This document shows, in pieces, positions 1 through 10,400 of a stretch of DNA of 64,000 nt. Origin of the DNA: Planctomycetota bacterium. Lineage in GTDB: Bacteria; Planctomycetota; SZUA-567; JAFGGJ01. Made by a program: the position numbers and the translations under genes. The stretch's first letter is position 1, and each line of letters starts with the position of its first letter. The notes below the pieces were generated by a model, which was given only the letters and a program-made list of their open reading frames with translations, was not told the DNA's origin and ran no database searches. The stretch lies in NCBI GenBank assembly GCA_016930595.1, contig JAFGGJ010000002.1, forward strand, positions 39,698-103,697. The letters run 5' to 3'.

Positions 1-141
1 AAGGAGCTGGGGTATCCGACCGGATGGGTGGGTGTGCTTACGAACGCCGAGGTTGGGGGGACGGACGTCGACGGCTTTATAGACAGGACCCGGTCTAAGA
101 TAAGGGCGCTGGCCGTGGGGGATGCAGGGAAGGCTGGTTGA
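1..141 (+). CDS. 3' end of an upstream gene (partial, product unknown)
   Basis: Frame 1 is open from base 1 (KELGYPTGWVGVLTNAE...GDAGKAG) to TGA at 139-141 and overlaps the start of addB. Confidence 0.55.
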   Translation, partial: KELGYPTGWVGVLTNAEVGGTDVDGFIDRTRSKIRALAVGDAGKAG

Positions 142-2896
142 CGCGGTGTTCGTTGTGGCGGACGGCATAAGGCCGCTGACAGCGGCGTTCGCTTCGGGGG
201 TTGCGGAATACCGTGCGGCGCATCCGCTGGACCCGTACCTGGTGCTGGTGCCCGGGTACGCATGGGCAGACCGGCTGATGAAGCTGCTTGCAGGTTCGCT
301 CGAGAAGGATGCGAGGGGCCTGCCGTTGCCGGGGGGGGAATTCATAGATCTGAACACTGCGGCTGCGAGACTATGCCCGGGGGCTGCGGCGCGTGAGAGC
401 GATATTTATGCGGCCGCGCTGTCGGCGGCAAAGACCATGGGCGGAGAGGACGCCGCCTGGCCGTCGGTGATCAATTCGGTGGCTGCGGGCATGACGGGTG
501 CGATTGCGGCGGGTCTGACCGCCGGGGAACTGCGGAACGCCGCCGCGGACATGCCGGGGAACCGCAGGCTCGGGAACCTCGCGTCAGGACTGGCGGCATT
601 TGCACGGGAACTCGAAACCAGGGGCCGCATGTTGCCTGAGCAGGCAATGCTGCGCGCCGACGGCGGTGGAAGCCTCCGTGGCGGAGCGCTGTTCATCTTC
701 GGGTTCTACGACCTGTCGGCCGCCCAGGAGCGGCTGGCCAGGAGGATAGTGGCGGGATTCAGGGAGGGTGGACGCCCGGTGAGCGTGTTCATGCCGTCGC
801 CCGGAGGATACTGGGGTGATTTTGCGCGGCGGACGGAAGCTTTCTGGAGAGAGGTCCTGGATGAAGAGCCGCAGACCGTCGGCGAACCTTTCAAGGCGGC
901 TGGATCGTGGAAGGTATGCAGGGCGGCTTCACCCAGGGAAGAGGCGGCGGCGGCCATGGCGCTGGTGCGGGAAGCCGTCGAGCGGGGCATCGCGCCGGAA
1001 AGAATTGCCATTGTGGCAAGGGACCCGGAGCCGTACCTGCCAGTTCTCGAAGCGATGCTTGCAGAACATGGGATAAAGGCGGATTTCGGCAGGGAGAGAA
1101 AGCTTGCTTCGACGCCGGCAGGCATGTTCGCTGCGGCCATGTTCAAGCTGGGAGACATTGCGGCGCCGGCACTGAGGGAGGGGCGTGGAAACCACATGCC
1201 GGTGGCTGCGTTCCTGAGGATACTCGATCTGCCCGCGTGTTCGGAATGCGGCAGGATGGCTGCTTATTCCGGAGAAACGGTCACGGCCGGAATAATCACG
1301 GTGGGCGACCTGATGAGGATTGCTGGTGCGGGCGGCGGAACGGAAGAGCCGGCCGAGGTCCTGCTGAAGGGCCTTGCTGCGCTTGTGGATGAATTGGTTG
1401 CGGCCATAGCCGGGTGGGCGGCCGGGGACACGGTGGGGATGTTTGCCGCGATAAAGAAGTTCACCCGGCCGGATGCGTTCGGCGCGGCTGAGGTCGCGGC
1501 CCTCATGCAGGAGGCGGAAACATCCGGCGCCGGTTCGTGCGGGCTGCCGGTATTTCTGCTGGACAGGGCAAGGGTCGGGAGTTCCACCGGCGGCGTCCAC
1601 GTCCTGAGCGTGATGGCCGCCCGAGGTCTTGCGCCGGAATATGTGGTAGTAATGGGGGTGAGCGAAGGGACATTCCCCAGGAGAGCGGGAGGCGGGGGGC
1701 TGTTCGGCCATGAAATACGGCGGATGATGAATGACAGGCTGAACGGGGAAGGCACCAGGTTCGCCCTTGCCGGGGACGCCGTGGCGGAAGAACACATGCT
1801 GTTTCACATGACGGTGTCTTCGGCCGCGGGAGGCATCTTCACGTGTTCCGGGGACGGCGGACCTTCGAGAATGGTCCGGGACATGTTCGGAGACATCGAG
1901 TACGCGGACCCGGTACCATCGGGAGCCGTGGGCGGGAAAGTGCCTGGACCGGTGAAAAGAGGGCTGGGGGATTTTCTTCGGAACGCCGGGAGGGGCGATT
2001 TTTCCGCCAGGGAAGGGCTCATGCGGGCCGGAACGGTCAGCGGGCGCATTGTGTTGACTCCGTCGCAGATAGACGATTACCTGAAATGCCCGTACCTTGC
2101 CCTGCTGAGGCACATGCTGCAGATCGGAGAGCGGCACGACGATGTGTCCATGGAGCCGGTGCCGGCATGGCTGTGGGGCAGAGCGGTGCACAGAATGCTG
2201 GACGAGGCATTCGCCTCCGGCGGAAAGACTCCTGCTGGAGACCAGGTCGATGCCGCGGTCAAAGCGGCGACCGGGGTAGTGGACGCCATGGAGGCAGACG
2301 GAGTAGTCAGGAAAGGGGCGGTGTGGCAGGGGAAACGCGAAAGGGTGATCCGGCAGATAAGAACCTACGTGGCACAGGAGGCGCGTGAAAAAAGCGCCGG
2401 CAGCGTCAGGCGGGAATTCAAGTTCGAGCACGAACTGGACGGCGACGCCCTGCTGGTGGGGAGAATAGACAGAGTGGACGCGTACGAGGACGGTACATGC
2501 CGGCTGGTGGAATATAAGACGGGGCGTCCAGAAGGGGCGGACAAGTACGCTCAGCAGCTCGCGTTGTACAGGTACGCCCTGTCCCACGGGCATGAAACGG
2601 GAGAAGACGGCATTGAGGCTGAGATGGTCTACTTCGACAGGCCGCTCAGCGGGGATGTCCAGGTAATAAAAGGCAAAGCGCTGTCACTGGACGCGGTTGC
2701 GGAAGGCATAGGGGCCCTGGTGGAGGCCTACAGGGCAGGGGCTTTCGTGCGCTATCCCGTCGGGAAGAATACGTGCGACAGGTGCTACATGTACCACGTG
2801 TGCCTGGTTTCAGCGGCGGCACCGACGCAGATAAAAGATGATTCGGAAGCGGCGCGTGCCGTGGACCGGGCGAGGGAGTTTTTCGGTGTCAGGTAG
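122..2896 (+). CDS. addB: AddB/RexB-like nuclease subunit (inactive helicase fold plus PD-(D/E)XK nuclease with Fe-S staple)
   Basis: C-terminal LVGRIDRVD...LVEYKTG...QQLALY; Cys pattern YLKCPY ... CDRCxxxxxC; degenerate helicase motif VMAARGL; directly upstream of a UvrD-like gene. Confidence 0.85.
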   Translation: MQGRLVDAVFVVADGIRPLTAAFASGVAEYRAAHPLDPYLVLVPGYAWADRLMKLLAGSLEKDARGLPLPGGEFIDLNTAAARLCPGAAARESDIYAAALSAAKTMGGEDAAWPSVINSVAAGMTGAIAAGLTAGELRNAAADMPGNRRLGNLASGLAAFARELETRGRMLPEQAMLRADGGGSLRGGALFIFGFYDLSAAQERLARRIVAGFREGGRPVSVFMPSPGGYWGDFARRTEAFWREVLDEEPQTVGEPFKAAGSWKVCRAASPREEAAAAMALVREAVERGIAPERIAIVARDPEPYLPVLEAMLAEHGIKADFGRERKLASTPAGMFAAAMFKLGDIAAPALREGRGNHMPVAAFLRILDLPACSECGRMAAYSGETVTAGIITVGDLMRIAGAGGGTEEPAEVLLKGLAALVDELVAAIAGWAAGDTVGMFAAIKKFTRPDAFGAAEVAALMQEAETSGAGSCGLPVFLLDRARVGSSTGGVHVLSVMAARGLAPEYVVVMGVSEGTFPRRAGGGGLFGHEIRRMMNDRLNGEGTRFALAGDAVAEEHMLFHMTVSSAAGGIFTCSGDGGPSRMVRDMFGDIEYADPVPSGAVGGKVPGPVKRGLGDFLRNAGRGDFSAREGLMRAGTVSGRIVLTPSQIDDYLKCPYLALLRHMLQIGERHDDVSMEPVPAWLWGRAVHRMLDEAFASGGKTPAGDQVDAAVKAATGVVDAMEADGVVRKGAVWQGKRERVIRQIRTYVAQEAREKSAGSVRREFKFEHELDGDALLVGRIDRVDAYEDGTCRLVEYKTGRPEGADKYAQQLALYRYALSHGHETGEDGIEAEMVYFDRPLSGDVQVIKGKALSLDAVAEGIGALVEAYRAGAFVRYPVGKNTCDRCYMYHVCLVSAAAPTQIKDDSEAARAVDRAREFFGVR

Positions 2897-5800
2897 CGAC
2901 GCGCACTCGGGAAAGCTGGTGGACGAAGCCGAGCGCCGGCGGCTCGTGTCGGATTTCGGCACCGACCTTGTGGCGGTCGCCGGTGCGGGCACGGGCAAGA
3001 CGCGCCTGTTGACCGCGAGGGTGCTGAGGCTCGTGACGGAAGAGCGCATCACGCCTGATGAACTCTACATCGCCACGTTTACCGAAAAAGCGGCCGCAGA
3101 GATGCAGGAACGGCTGCTGAAGGGACTTGCCGAATTCGGAGACAGGGACCTGCTGCGCGGGATGGAGGAGAATCCCGCCGGCACGTTTCACGCCAGGGCC
3201 AGGGCCCTGCTGGAGGCGTTCAGGATGGAAGCGGGGCTGCCTCCGGGCTTTTCGGTCATGGACTCGGACGAACAGGCTTCGCTGTATTCGGAAGTGTTCA
3301 GGACGTATCTCGCAGCGGTCCTGGAAGAGGAAGGGGAAGCGTCGGAACAGGTGTTCCTGCTGTCGTCGCTGGGCATGAGCGCGCGGCGCATGGAAGAAGC
3401 GGCCGTCGAATACGCGAAGCACCGAGGGCGCGCCCCGGCGCTCGCGCTCGAGAATGCCTTGGGCGCCAGGCCGGCGCCGGACGCATCGCGAGACATCGTG
3501 TCCGGCGCTATCAGGGCCGCGCGCGATGCGGTGCATCTGGTCAGGGCCAATCCGGAAAAGCCCGGCTGGTGCAAGGCCGCCGCCGCCCTTGAGCGGGCCG
3601 TCGAACTGCTTGAGTCCCGGGACATGGAGGAAATTCTCGCAGGAAAGATATCGCTGGACCTGTACGAGTATTTCCTGGAGGCAAAGGCGGATATAAGCCT
3701 GACGAAGAACGACGCCAGGGGAAAGGCCATGGAAGCCATCGCCGTGCGGGAGGCAATAGGCAGCGATAAGCCTGGAGAACTGTCGGGGGCCAGGGGGGCG
3801 CTGGCGTCGCTGGAGCGGACGGTGCTGGATCATTTCACACGGGACATGGCCGGGCTGTTCGAGGGATACTTCTCGGCGTGCGAAAAGGAAAAGAGCCGCC
3901 GCGCTGCGTTGACGTTTGACGACCTGCTTGTGCGATTGAGGGACCTGATGAGAGACAACAGGGAAGTGCTCGCGGCCGTCAGCGGCAGGTTCAGGCACTT
4001 CCTGGTCGATGAGTTCCAGGACACCGATCCGATCCAGCTGGAGATAGTCAGGCTGGCGGCGGGAGGGCCTGGCGGGGGGAGGCTTTTCCTTGTGGGCGAC
4101 CCGCGGCAGTCGATATATCATTTTCGCGGAGCGGACCTGCGTGTCTACGCCGGGATGCGCGAACAGATGATCGGCGCGGGCGGGTCCGAAGTGAACCTGT
4201 GGCAGAACTTCCGGTCGGTGCCGGGTATACTCGGGTTCGTTAACGCCGTTTACAGCGAATGGGCGGAACGTCCCCCGCATGACATGAAATCCGGTGCCGA
4301 ACCGGCGCTTTCCTACAACCTTGAGCCCCACAGGAACAGCGCCGCCGGCAGCGTGGCGGTTCTTGTGCCGGACGGGCGGACACCAGGCGACGGGAGTCTT
4401 CTCACGCATGACGCTGTCAGGGGCGAGGCGGCGGCGCTGGCGAAGCACCTGTGCGGGATGATGGCCGCCGGACGGACGGTGATCGACCCGGCGAGCAACG
4501 AAGAGCGCCGGTTCGAATGGGGCGACGTGGCGATTATCCTGCAGCGCATGACGCATGTGCATGACTACGAAGAAGCCCTGGAAGACGCGGGCATCCCCTG
4601 CGTGCTCGAAGGGGCGCGCACGTTCTTCACAAAATTGGAAGTCCGTTCGCTGGGGGCGATCCTGCGGGCAGTCTGCTGGCCGGAAGACGCCGGGACGGTA
4701 ATGGGTGCGCTTTCTTCGTCGGTGCTTGCGGTGCCGGCGGAAGACGTCATGTCTTCGGTGCGCTCAGGCTGGAAGATCAGCCTGGCCGACCCGTTGCCGG
4801 ACGTGGCGTCGGAAACGCTGAAAGCGGCGGTGGAATATCTCAAGGTGTTCCTGCCGCTGGTTCCGCAGGGGCTGACGAGGCTGGTGGAAGCCGTCCTGGG
4901 GCGGGGCGGCCTGGGCGCCGCGTTCGGCGCCGCTGATCCGAGCGGAGCCCGGGCGTGGGCGCTGAGCGCATTTGCCGAGCTTGTAAGAAAAGAAGAAGCC
5001 GCCGGCCGGGGGCCCGGGGAAATACTGGCGAGGTTTCTTTCCGCCGGCGGCGCCGAACTGACCCTGCCGCAGGCGGTGAACGTTAATGCCGTGCATATCA
5101 CCACCGTGCACAAGGCAAAGGGCCTGGAGTGGCCGGTCGTGGTTGTGGCGGACCTGTTGGCGGATTCGGCCGGCGGCTCGGGCGGCAAGGTGACGTCGCT
5201 TTCCTCGCATGACGGGCGCTTTGCGCTGGCCGTGCCGCTTGACGGCGGCAAGAGACGGCTCGAAACGCCGCTGTTCGAAATGCTGGCGGCCGACGAGCGC
5301 GAGTACCAGGCGCAGGAATGGCTGCGCAAGCTTTACGTCGCGTTCACACGCGCGCGGGACCTGCTGGTGGTTTCGTGTGTGAGCGTACGCTTGTGCAAGA
5401 ACGCCCCGCCGTCGTCGGTGAGAGCCGTGGACCAACTGGTCGAAACGGCCGGGACATCGCCCGGGTCGGAAGTGGTGCGGGTCTGCGGGGAGCAGGTCCG
5501 GCGAAGGGGGACGCTCAGGGAAGCGGTTCTGGCGCTGGATGCACTGCCGGATGCGGTCGCGGCGGGAGACGCAGGAATATTGCCGGCGAGTTCTGTTCCG
5601 GCGGAGGGGGCGGTGTCGGAAGAAGCGGTCCTGTTGGGCGAAGCATTCCATGAGGGAGCGGCGATCTGGTTCAGGACGGGCGTCAGGCCCCGGGTCGCGT
5701 CATACGCCCCGCCGGGGGTGGACCACGACAGGGTCGAAGAACTGCTGGACAATCTGGAGGCACTGGATCTGCCGGCCCGGGTCGCCGGAGCAAAATCCGC

Positions 5801-6074
5801 GCTGGTGGAATGGCCGCTGCTGTCCGGAGACGGCGAAGTCTTCCGGGCGGATCTCTTACTGCTCGAGAACGACGGCTGGACGGTCGTGGAGCTGAAGTCG
5901 GACCGGGTTGCCGATGAGGACGTTCCGGCGACCGTGGAGATGTATCGGCGGGGGCAGGTGTTGAAGTACGTCCGGGCGTTGAAGGCTTCGGACGTCCCCG
6001 TGGCGGGGGCGTGCCTGGTTCTTGCCGGCGTGCCCCTGGCACGGAACCTGGATGTTCAGACGGCCGACGCCTGA
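2886..6074 (+). CDS. addA: AddA/UvrD-family ATP-dependent helicase-nuclease
   Basis: Walker A AGAGTGKT, TFTEKAA, LVDEFQDT, VGDPRQSIYHFRGAD, NFRS, TVHKAKGLEW, LYVAFTRAR; C-terminal nuclease RADLL...VELKS. Start taken at GTG 2886, overlapping the addB stop. Confidence 0.9.
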   Translation: MSGSDAHSGKLVDEAERRRLVSDFGTDLVAVAGAGTGKTRLLTARVLRLVTEERITPDELYIATFTEKAAAEMQERLLKGLAEFGDRDLLRGMEENPAGTFHARARALLEAFRMEAGLPPGFSVMDSDEQASLYSEVFRTYLAAVLEEEGEASEQVFLLSSLGMSARRMEEAAVEYAKHRGRAPALALENALGARPAPDASRDIVSGAIRAARDAVHLVRANPEKPGWCKAAAALERAVELLESRDMEEILAGKISLDLYEYFLEAKADISLTKNDARGKAMEAIAVREAIGSDKPGELSGARGALASLERTVLDHFTRDMAGLFEGYFSACEKEKSRRAALTFDDLLVRLRDLMRDNREVLAAVSGRFRHFLVDEFQDTDPIQLEIVRLAAGGPGGGRLFLVGDPRQSIYHFRGADLRVYAGMREQMIGAGGSEVNLWQNFRSVPGILGFVNAVYSEWAERPPHDMKSGAEPALSYNLEPHRNSAAGSVAVLVPDGRTPGDGSLLTHDAVRGEAAALAKHLCGMMAAGRTVIDPASNEERRFEWGDVAIILQRMTHVHDYEEALEDAGIPCVLEGARTFFTKLEVRSLGAILRAVCWPEDAGTVMGALSSSVLAVPAEDVMSSVRSGWKISLADPLPDVASETLKAAVEYLKVFLPLVPQGLTRLVEAVLGRGGLGAAFGAADPSGARAWALSAFAELVRKEEAAGRGPGEILARFLSAGGAELTLPQAVNVNAVHITTVHKAKGLEWPVVVVADLLADSAGGSGGKVTSLSSHDGRFALAVPLDGGKRRLETPLFEMLAADEREYQAQEWLRKLYVAFTRARDLLVVSCVSVRLCKNAPPSSVRAVDQLVETAGTSPGSEVVRVCGEQVRRRGTLREAVLALDALPDAVAAGDAGILPASSVPAEGAVSEEAVLLGEAFHEGAAIWFRTGVRPRVASYAPPGVDHDRVEELLDNLEALDLPARVAGAKSALVEWPLLSGDGEVFRADLLLLENDGWTVVELKSDRVADEDVPATVEMYRRGQVLKYVRALKASDVPVAGACLVLAGVPLARNLDVQTADA

Positions 6075-6099
6075 GCGGCACATGTTTTATGATATTGAC

Positions 6100-6127
6100 T
6101 TGCATGACTGTGTCTGCATGCTACATT
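6100..6127 (+). promoter_or_regulatory. possible sigma70-type promoter for the coiled-coil operon
   Basis: TTGCAT-16 nt-TACATT with TG at the extended -10 position, in an AT-richer intergenic gap. Confidence 0.35.
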
Positions 6128-6208
6128 TAATGGCGAGCGATAACGTGGGGGCTTCACCTGAACAATGGGCGGGGTATTGGTTTTTCGGGCCGCATTGGAG
6201 AGCATGAC

Positions 6209-6736
6209 ATGGCAGACAAGGCCAAGGCGAACAAGGTGGAAGAGGACGCTGTCGTGGAGCGCGCCAGGAACATGGCGGAAGAAGTAGCCGCCATAAGGGA
6301 TGCCGAGCAGTCCAGGTTGAAGGACATCCTGGCCGAAGCGGACCAGGTGTTACGGGAGACGATCACAATCGAAGCCGAGGTGACGCATCACAGTGTCCGG
6401 CGCACCGAACTTGAAAAAAGGCTGCGTGAACTGAAGGCCCGCGAAGAAGATGCGGAAGCCGCCATAAAGGAACTGGAAAAACAACTGGCCAAGTCCGAAA
6501 CAAAGGTTGGCGAAATGCAGAGCCGGAGCGAGGAGATGAGGCACGCCGTGGCCGACACCGACCAGGCGGTGGCGAAACTCGAAGTGGAACAGGACGCTCT
6601 CGGAAAGGAACTGGACAGGCTTGAGAAACAGAAGACCCGCCTGGATGACGACGTCAAGAGGTTGAAGAAGCTTCGCGAGGAATACATGTCCGCCATAGCC
6701 CAGTTCAAGGAAATGAAAGACAACCTTACTGGCTGA
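6209..6736 (+). CDS. coiled-coil protein A (paralog of 6773..7339)
   Basis: 175 aa, continuous heptad-like E/K/L/R-rich helix, no Pro; GGAGAG RBS. Confidence 0.85.
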   Translation: MADKAKANKVEEDAVVERARNMAEEVAAIRDAEQSRLKDILAEADQVLRETITIEAEVTHHSVRRTELEKRLRELKAREEDAEAAIKELEKQLAKSETKVGEMQSRSEEMRHAVADTDQAVAKLEVEQDALGKELDRLEKQKTRLDDDVKRLKKLREEYMSAIAQFKEMKDNLTG

Positions 6737-6772
6737 TCCCTGACAGTATCCGCCGAAAGGAGAAGACTTACC

Positions 6773-7339
6773 ATGGCAAAGAAGAAAGCTGCTAAGCCGA
6801 AGGCTGCTGCGAGCGCTGCAGGCAAGGGCAAGGCTCCCGTCGCCGCCGCCCAGGTTAACGAAGCGGTCATGCGGGCCAACGAGGCCATCAAGACCGTTGC
6901 CGCTTCCGAGACCGAGTGGAGGCTGGACCTGCTGAAGGAGAACGAGGATCTTTCCAGGGAGACGGTCGACACCGAGGTCGATATCCGCCGCCTTCTGGAT
7001 GAGCAGGCCAGGCTGAAGACGTATCTTGCCAAGCTGAAGAAGGAACAGGACGCCCTTGCCAAGTCGGTAACGGACCTTTCGGGCAAGGCCAACTCCGCCG
7101 AAAAGGAAAGCGCCCTCACAAAGGCCAAGCAGGCGGATCTCAAGGAAAACCTGGAGAAACTCGAAAAGACGATCTCCTCGCTTACGAGTGAAAACAACTC
7201 GCTCGACAAGGAAACCAAGAGGCTCGGCGGCCAGGCCAGCAAGCTGGACGAAGACGTGAAGCGGCTGCGCAAGCTGCGCGATGAATACGTGAAGACCATC
7301 GCGAAGTTCAAGGAAGAAAAGGACGACCTGCTGTCCTGA
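6773..7339 (+). CDS. coiled-coil protein B with Lys/Ala-rich head
   Basis: 188 aa; AAAGGAG RBS; C-terminus LDEDVKRLRKLRDEY nearly matches protein A (LDDDVKRLKKLREEY). Confidence 0.88.
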   Translation: MAKKKAAKPKAAASAAGKGKAPVAAAQVNEAVMRANEAIKTVAASETEWRLDLLKENEDLSRETVDTEVDIRRLLDEQARLKTYLAKLKKEQDALAKSVTDLSGKANSAEKESALTKAKQADLKENLEKLEKTISSLTSENNSLDKETKRLGGQASKLDEDVKRLRKLRDEYVKTIAKFKEEKDDLLS

Positions 7340-7374
7340 TCTCTCTCGCTTGCCGGCGGGATTGCTGTGGAGGT

Positions 7375-7409
7375 ATTGACCGACAGCCGTAAGGTGTCTG
7401 CCGGTCGAT
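7375..7409 (+). other. intercistronic stem-loop
   Basis: ATTGACCGACAG pairs with CTGCCGGTCGAT (one G-U, one mismatch) around an inner CC-GTAA-GG (GNRA loop); no U tract. Confidence 0.5.
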
Positions 7410-7440
7410 GCAATGGCGCACTGCCCACAAGGGGGGTATG

Positions 7441-10400
7441 ATGCCTGAAGATAATGACGACCGTCAAAGCGCCGAGGGTGTGCTGAAGAGGGCCGGGGAG
7501 CAGCTTGCTGTTCTCGGGCAGCGCGGCATTGACACGCAGAGCCTTAACAAACGGCTCGAGCAGGCCCAGATGAGTTTCGCCTCCGGCGACTACCATGACG
7601 CGGAACTGGCGGCGGGCGAAGTGATTGTGCTGGCGAAGGCGACGGCGGAGATGGCTCGCATGAGCGCCAACGTCGCCAAGCAGGAAGACGCCACGCGCCA
7701 GAAAGTCGCCGAAGCGGTGAAGGCCGAACTCGCCAAGGGCCTTCCGCAGAGCCCGGCGCTGGAAGCCTATCTCACCGGACGTTTCAGGGAGATGTTTGAA
7801 GACCTGCTCAGCGGCGATGAGTTCCAGCAGGCCGTGCTGGGTCTCGCCGGCGAGACGTTCAACAACCTGAGCGAGGAAAACGAGACGGTCACTCGCTCCG
7901 AGATGGACCAGAGGATCAGCGTTGCGGAGGAAAGAGCGACGTCGGAGGCATCCACGCTCGTCAGGCAGGCCATCGCCGGACTGCTGAATTCGTCGGAACT
8001 GGTGGAGAAGATCGACGCCGGCGCGCGCTCTGCAGCCGATACGGCCGTTTCGGAAATCCCGAGGTTCACGGAGGACGATGCCCAGGCCGTGGCTGAAAAG
8101 GTCGCGCGGAAGGCGATATCGGCGCTCCCGAAAGTCACCATGGAGGACGTCGAGAGTTCCGTCCGGACGGCCTTGGGGGAAGCCGGTTACGCATCGGCCG
8201 AAAAAGTGGCGGAAGATCTTGCCGCGCTCGAAGAGGTGGTCAAGGAGTCCGCAATATCGAACGAAGAAGTAACGGCGGTTGCGCAGAGGATCGCCGACAC
8301 CGCGGCGGCAAGAGCGGTGGCGTCGATGCCCGGCCAGGAGGATCTCGAAAAATTGGCGGAGGAAACCAAGGCCGAAGTCGAACAGCGGCTTTCCGCTTTC
8401 CCCAGCCCTGAAGAAGTGGCGCGTTCCGCCGCCGAAGCCGCCCACGAGGAAATAGTGGTCCTGTCAAAAGAGATACGCAAGCAGATGAACGCTCTCTCGT
8501 CAACCGTGGAATCGGTTGCGGGGCGCGAGGTGGTTTCTCCTGCCGAGCTCGAGGAGTCTGTCGGCGGCGTGAAAGAAAAACTCCGCGAGGAGCTGATTTC
8601 TTTTGCCGGGCGCGTGCAGGAGAAAGCCGAAGAGCTTGCGCAGGAAAACCAGGCAAGGATTGCGGCCCTGAAGGACGAAGTCGCCGCTGCCGCCGCGGCT
8701 GTCGAGACTCTCGATGAGATGGCGGGCGGGCTTGCGGCTTCCTTCGCCACCAAGGTGGACTTGGGCGGCCTGGAAGAAACCGTGAACGGAATTTCCGCAA
8801 CGGTAACGGCCCTGGAAGCCAGGATCGGGTCGTTCCCGGAGGAAGTGGCCGACAAGGAAGATGTCGCCGGCGTGTCCCTGGGGCAAAGCAGGTTGTCCGC
8901 CAAGGTGGACGCCATCGAGGAGAAACTGGGTATCCTGCCGGAAGAAGCCGCTCGCCAGGAGGATCTTGTCCCGATAAACAACGGTCTGGCGAACATCTCT
9001 TCCGAATTGAAAACGCTCGAGAAAAAGATCAGCATTCTTCCGCCCGAGGTCGTAAGCCGCGACGAGTATCTTGCGGCCATCAACCAGTTCCAGGAGACCA
9101 TCGGGGCGGTGGAATCCGCTCAGGCGAGCCTGGCGCTCCGTTCGGAGGTTGAGGAAGTCCTGGGGAACTACGTTCCGGCGGAAGCCCTTCGGACGCGTGT
9201 GAACGAAATAATCAGGCCCCAGATAGAAGAAACGCGCAGCTCCATACCGGAAGTGGAAGCCGTGCGGGATATTGCCCGCGTCGAAGCTGAAAACGCCGCG
9301 AGCAAAGTGCCGGTGTTCAATCCGCAGGACGTCGAAGAACGCGTGATGGACAAGGTGGCGCCCATGGTGGGTGCCCTGGTCGGTTCGGACCAGTTCATCA
9401 GCAACATTGAGATGATCATAAGCCAGCGGATCAATGACGTCATAGACGGCAAGGGCCTGGCTTCCGTGGACACGGTGGAAAAGCTTCTCGACAACAAGGT
9501 GAGCAACGCGGCCAAGAAATTCGTTACCGACAAGGAACTGGCGGAAGTCAAGAAGACGCTGTTGAAGAGGGGCGGCGAAGTGGACATTTCCGCCGCGGTG
9601 GAAGCTTTGAAGGCGGAAATGGGTACGGAGAAGCCTCTTTCGCCTGACGCGGTCAAGTCGCTGGTTGCAGAAGCCGTGCATGAGGCCCTGTCGTCGGGCG
9701 AGTTCGCCGAGAACCTCGGCGCGGCGCAGGACCTGTCCGGCGTGGACGAGATGGTGAAGGAAAATGTTGCGGTCGCCGTTTCCATGTTGCGCAAGGAACT
9801 GAAGGGATTTGTCCAGGAAGCGGCAGCCGGCCAGGAAGCGCCGGTCAACGCCGAAGCGGTCGGTGCCATTGTTGAAGAAAAACTGGCTGCCGCCGCATCC
9901 GCTCTCAGGGATGAACTGATGACCGCCGTGCAGAACGCCACGGAAGCAGCGGCGGCGGGGGTCGACGCCAAGGAGGTCGAGGGCATCGTGGCGAAGATCG
10001 TGGGCGAAAGTACTCCGTCCGGCGTGGACGAAGCGGCGGTGCACAGGATTATCGACGAGTCCGGGCTTGTCGATGAAGCCGGCGCAAAGTTTATTGCGGC
10101 CGAAGTCGTTTCGCATTCCGCGGCCAGCGCCGACGAAGAAAAAATAAAGAATATGGTTGAGGAGACCGTGGCTCAGAACCTCGGCGAATTCTTCCATCGC
10201 CTGCCCAAGAGCCCGCAATTGAAAGGGGTGATCAAAGAAGCCGTTGCTGCGGCCGCTCCTGCCGAAGGCCACGCTACGGCCACGGTTGATCCCGACGCTC
10301 TAAGGCCGGTCATACTCCAGATTGTCCAGGATGTTGTCCCGGCCCAGGCGGAAGGCGGAGGCCAGGTGGATCCGGAATCCCTGCGCCCCGTGATAGAGGG

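Noticed and set aside
122-6074. Helicase-nuclease pair as a novel defence or Cas4 system
   Set aside because: Order, size and motifs fit housekeeping AddAB, and there are no cas genes or array.
6388-8445. 685-aa antisense ORF, and similar ones at 8500-10272, 51651-53405 and 62259-63980
   Set aside because: Shadow or alternative frames in high-GC coding DNA, with no motifs or RBS.
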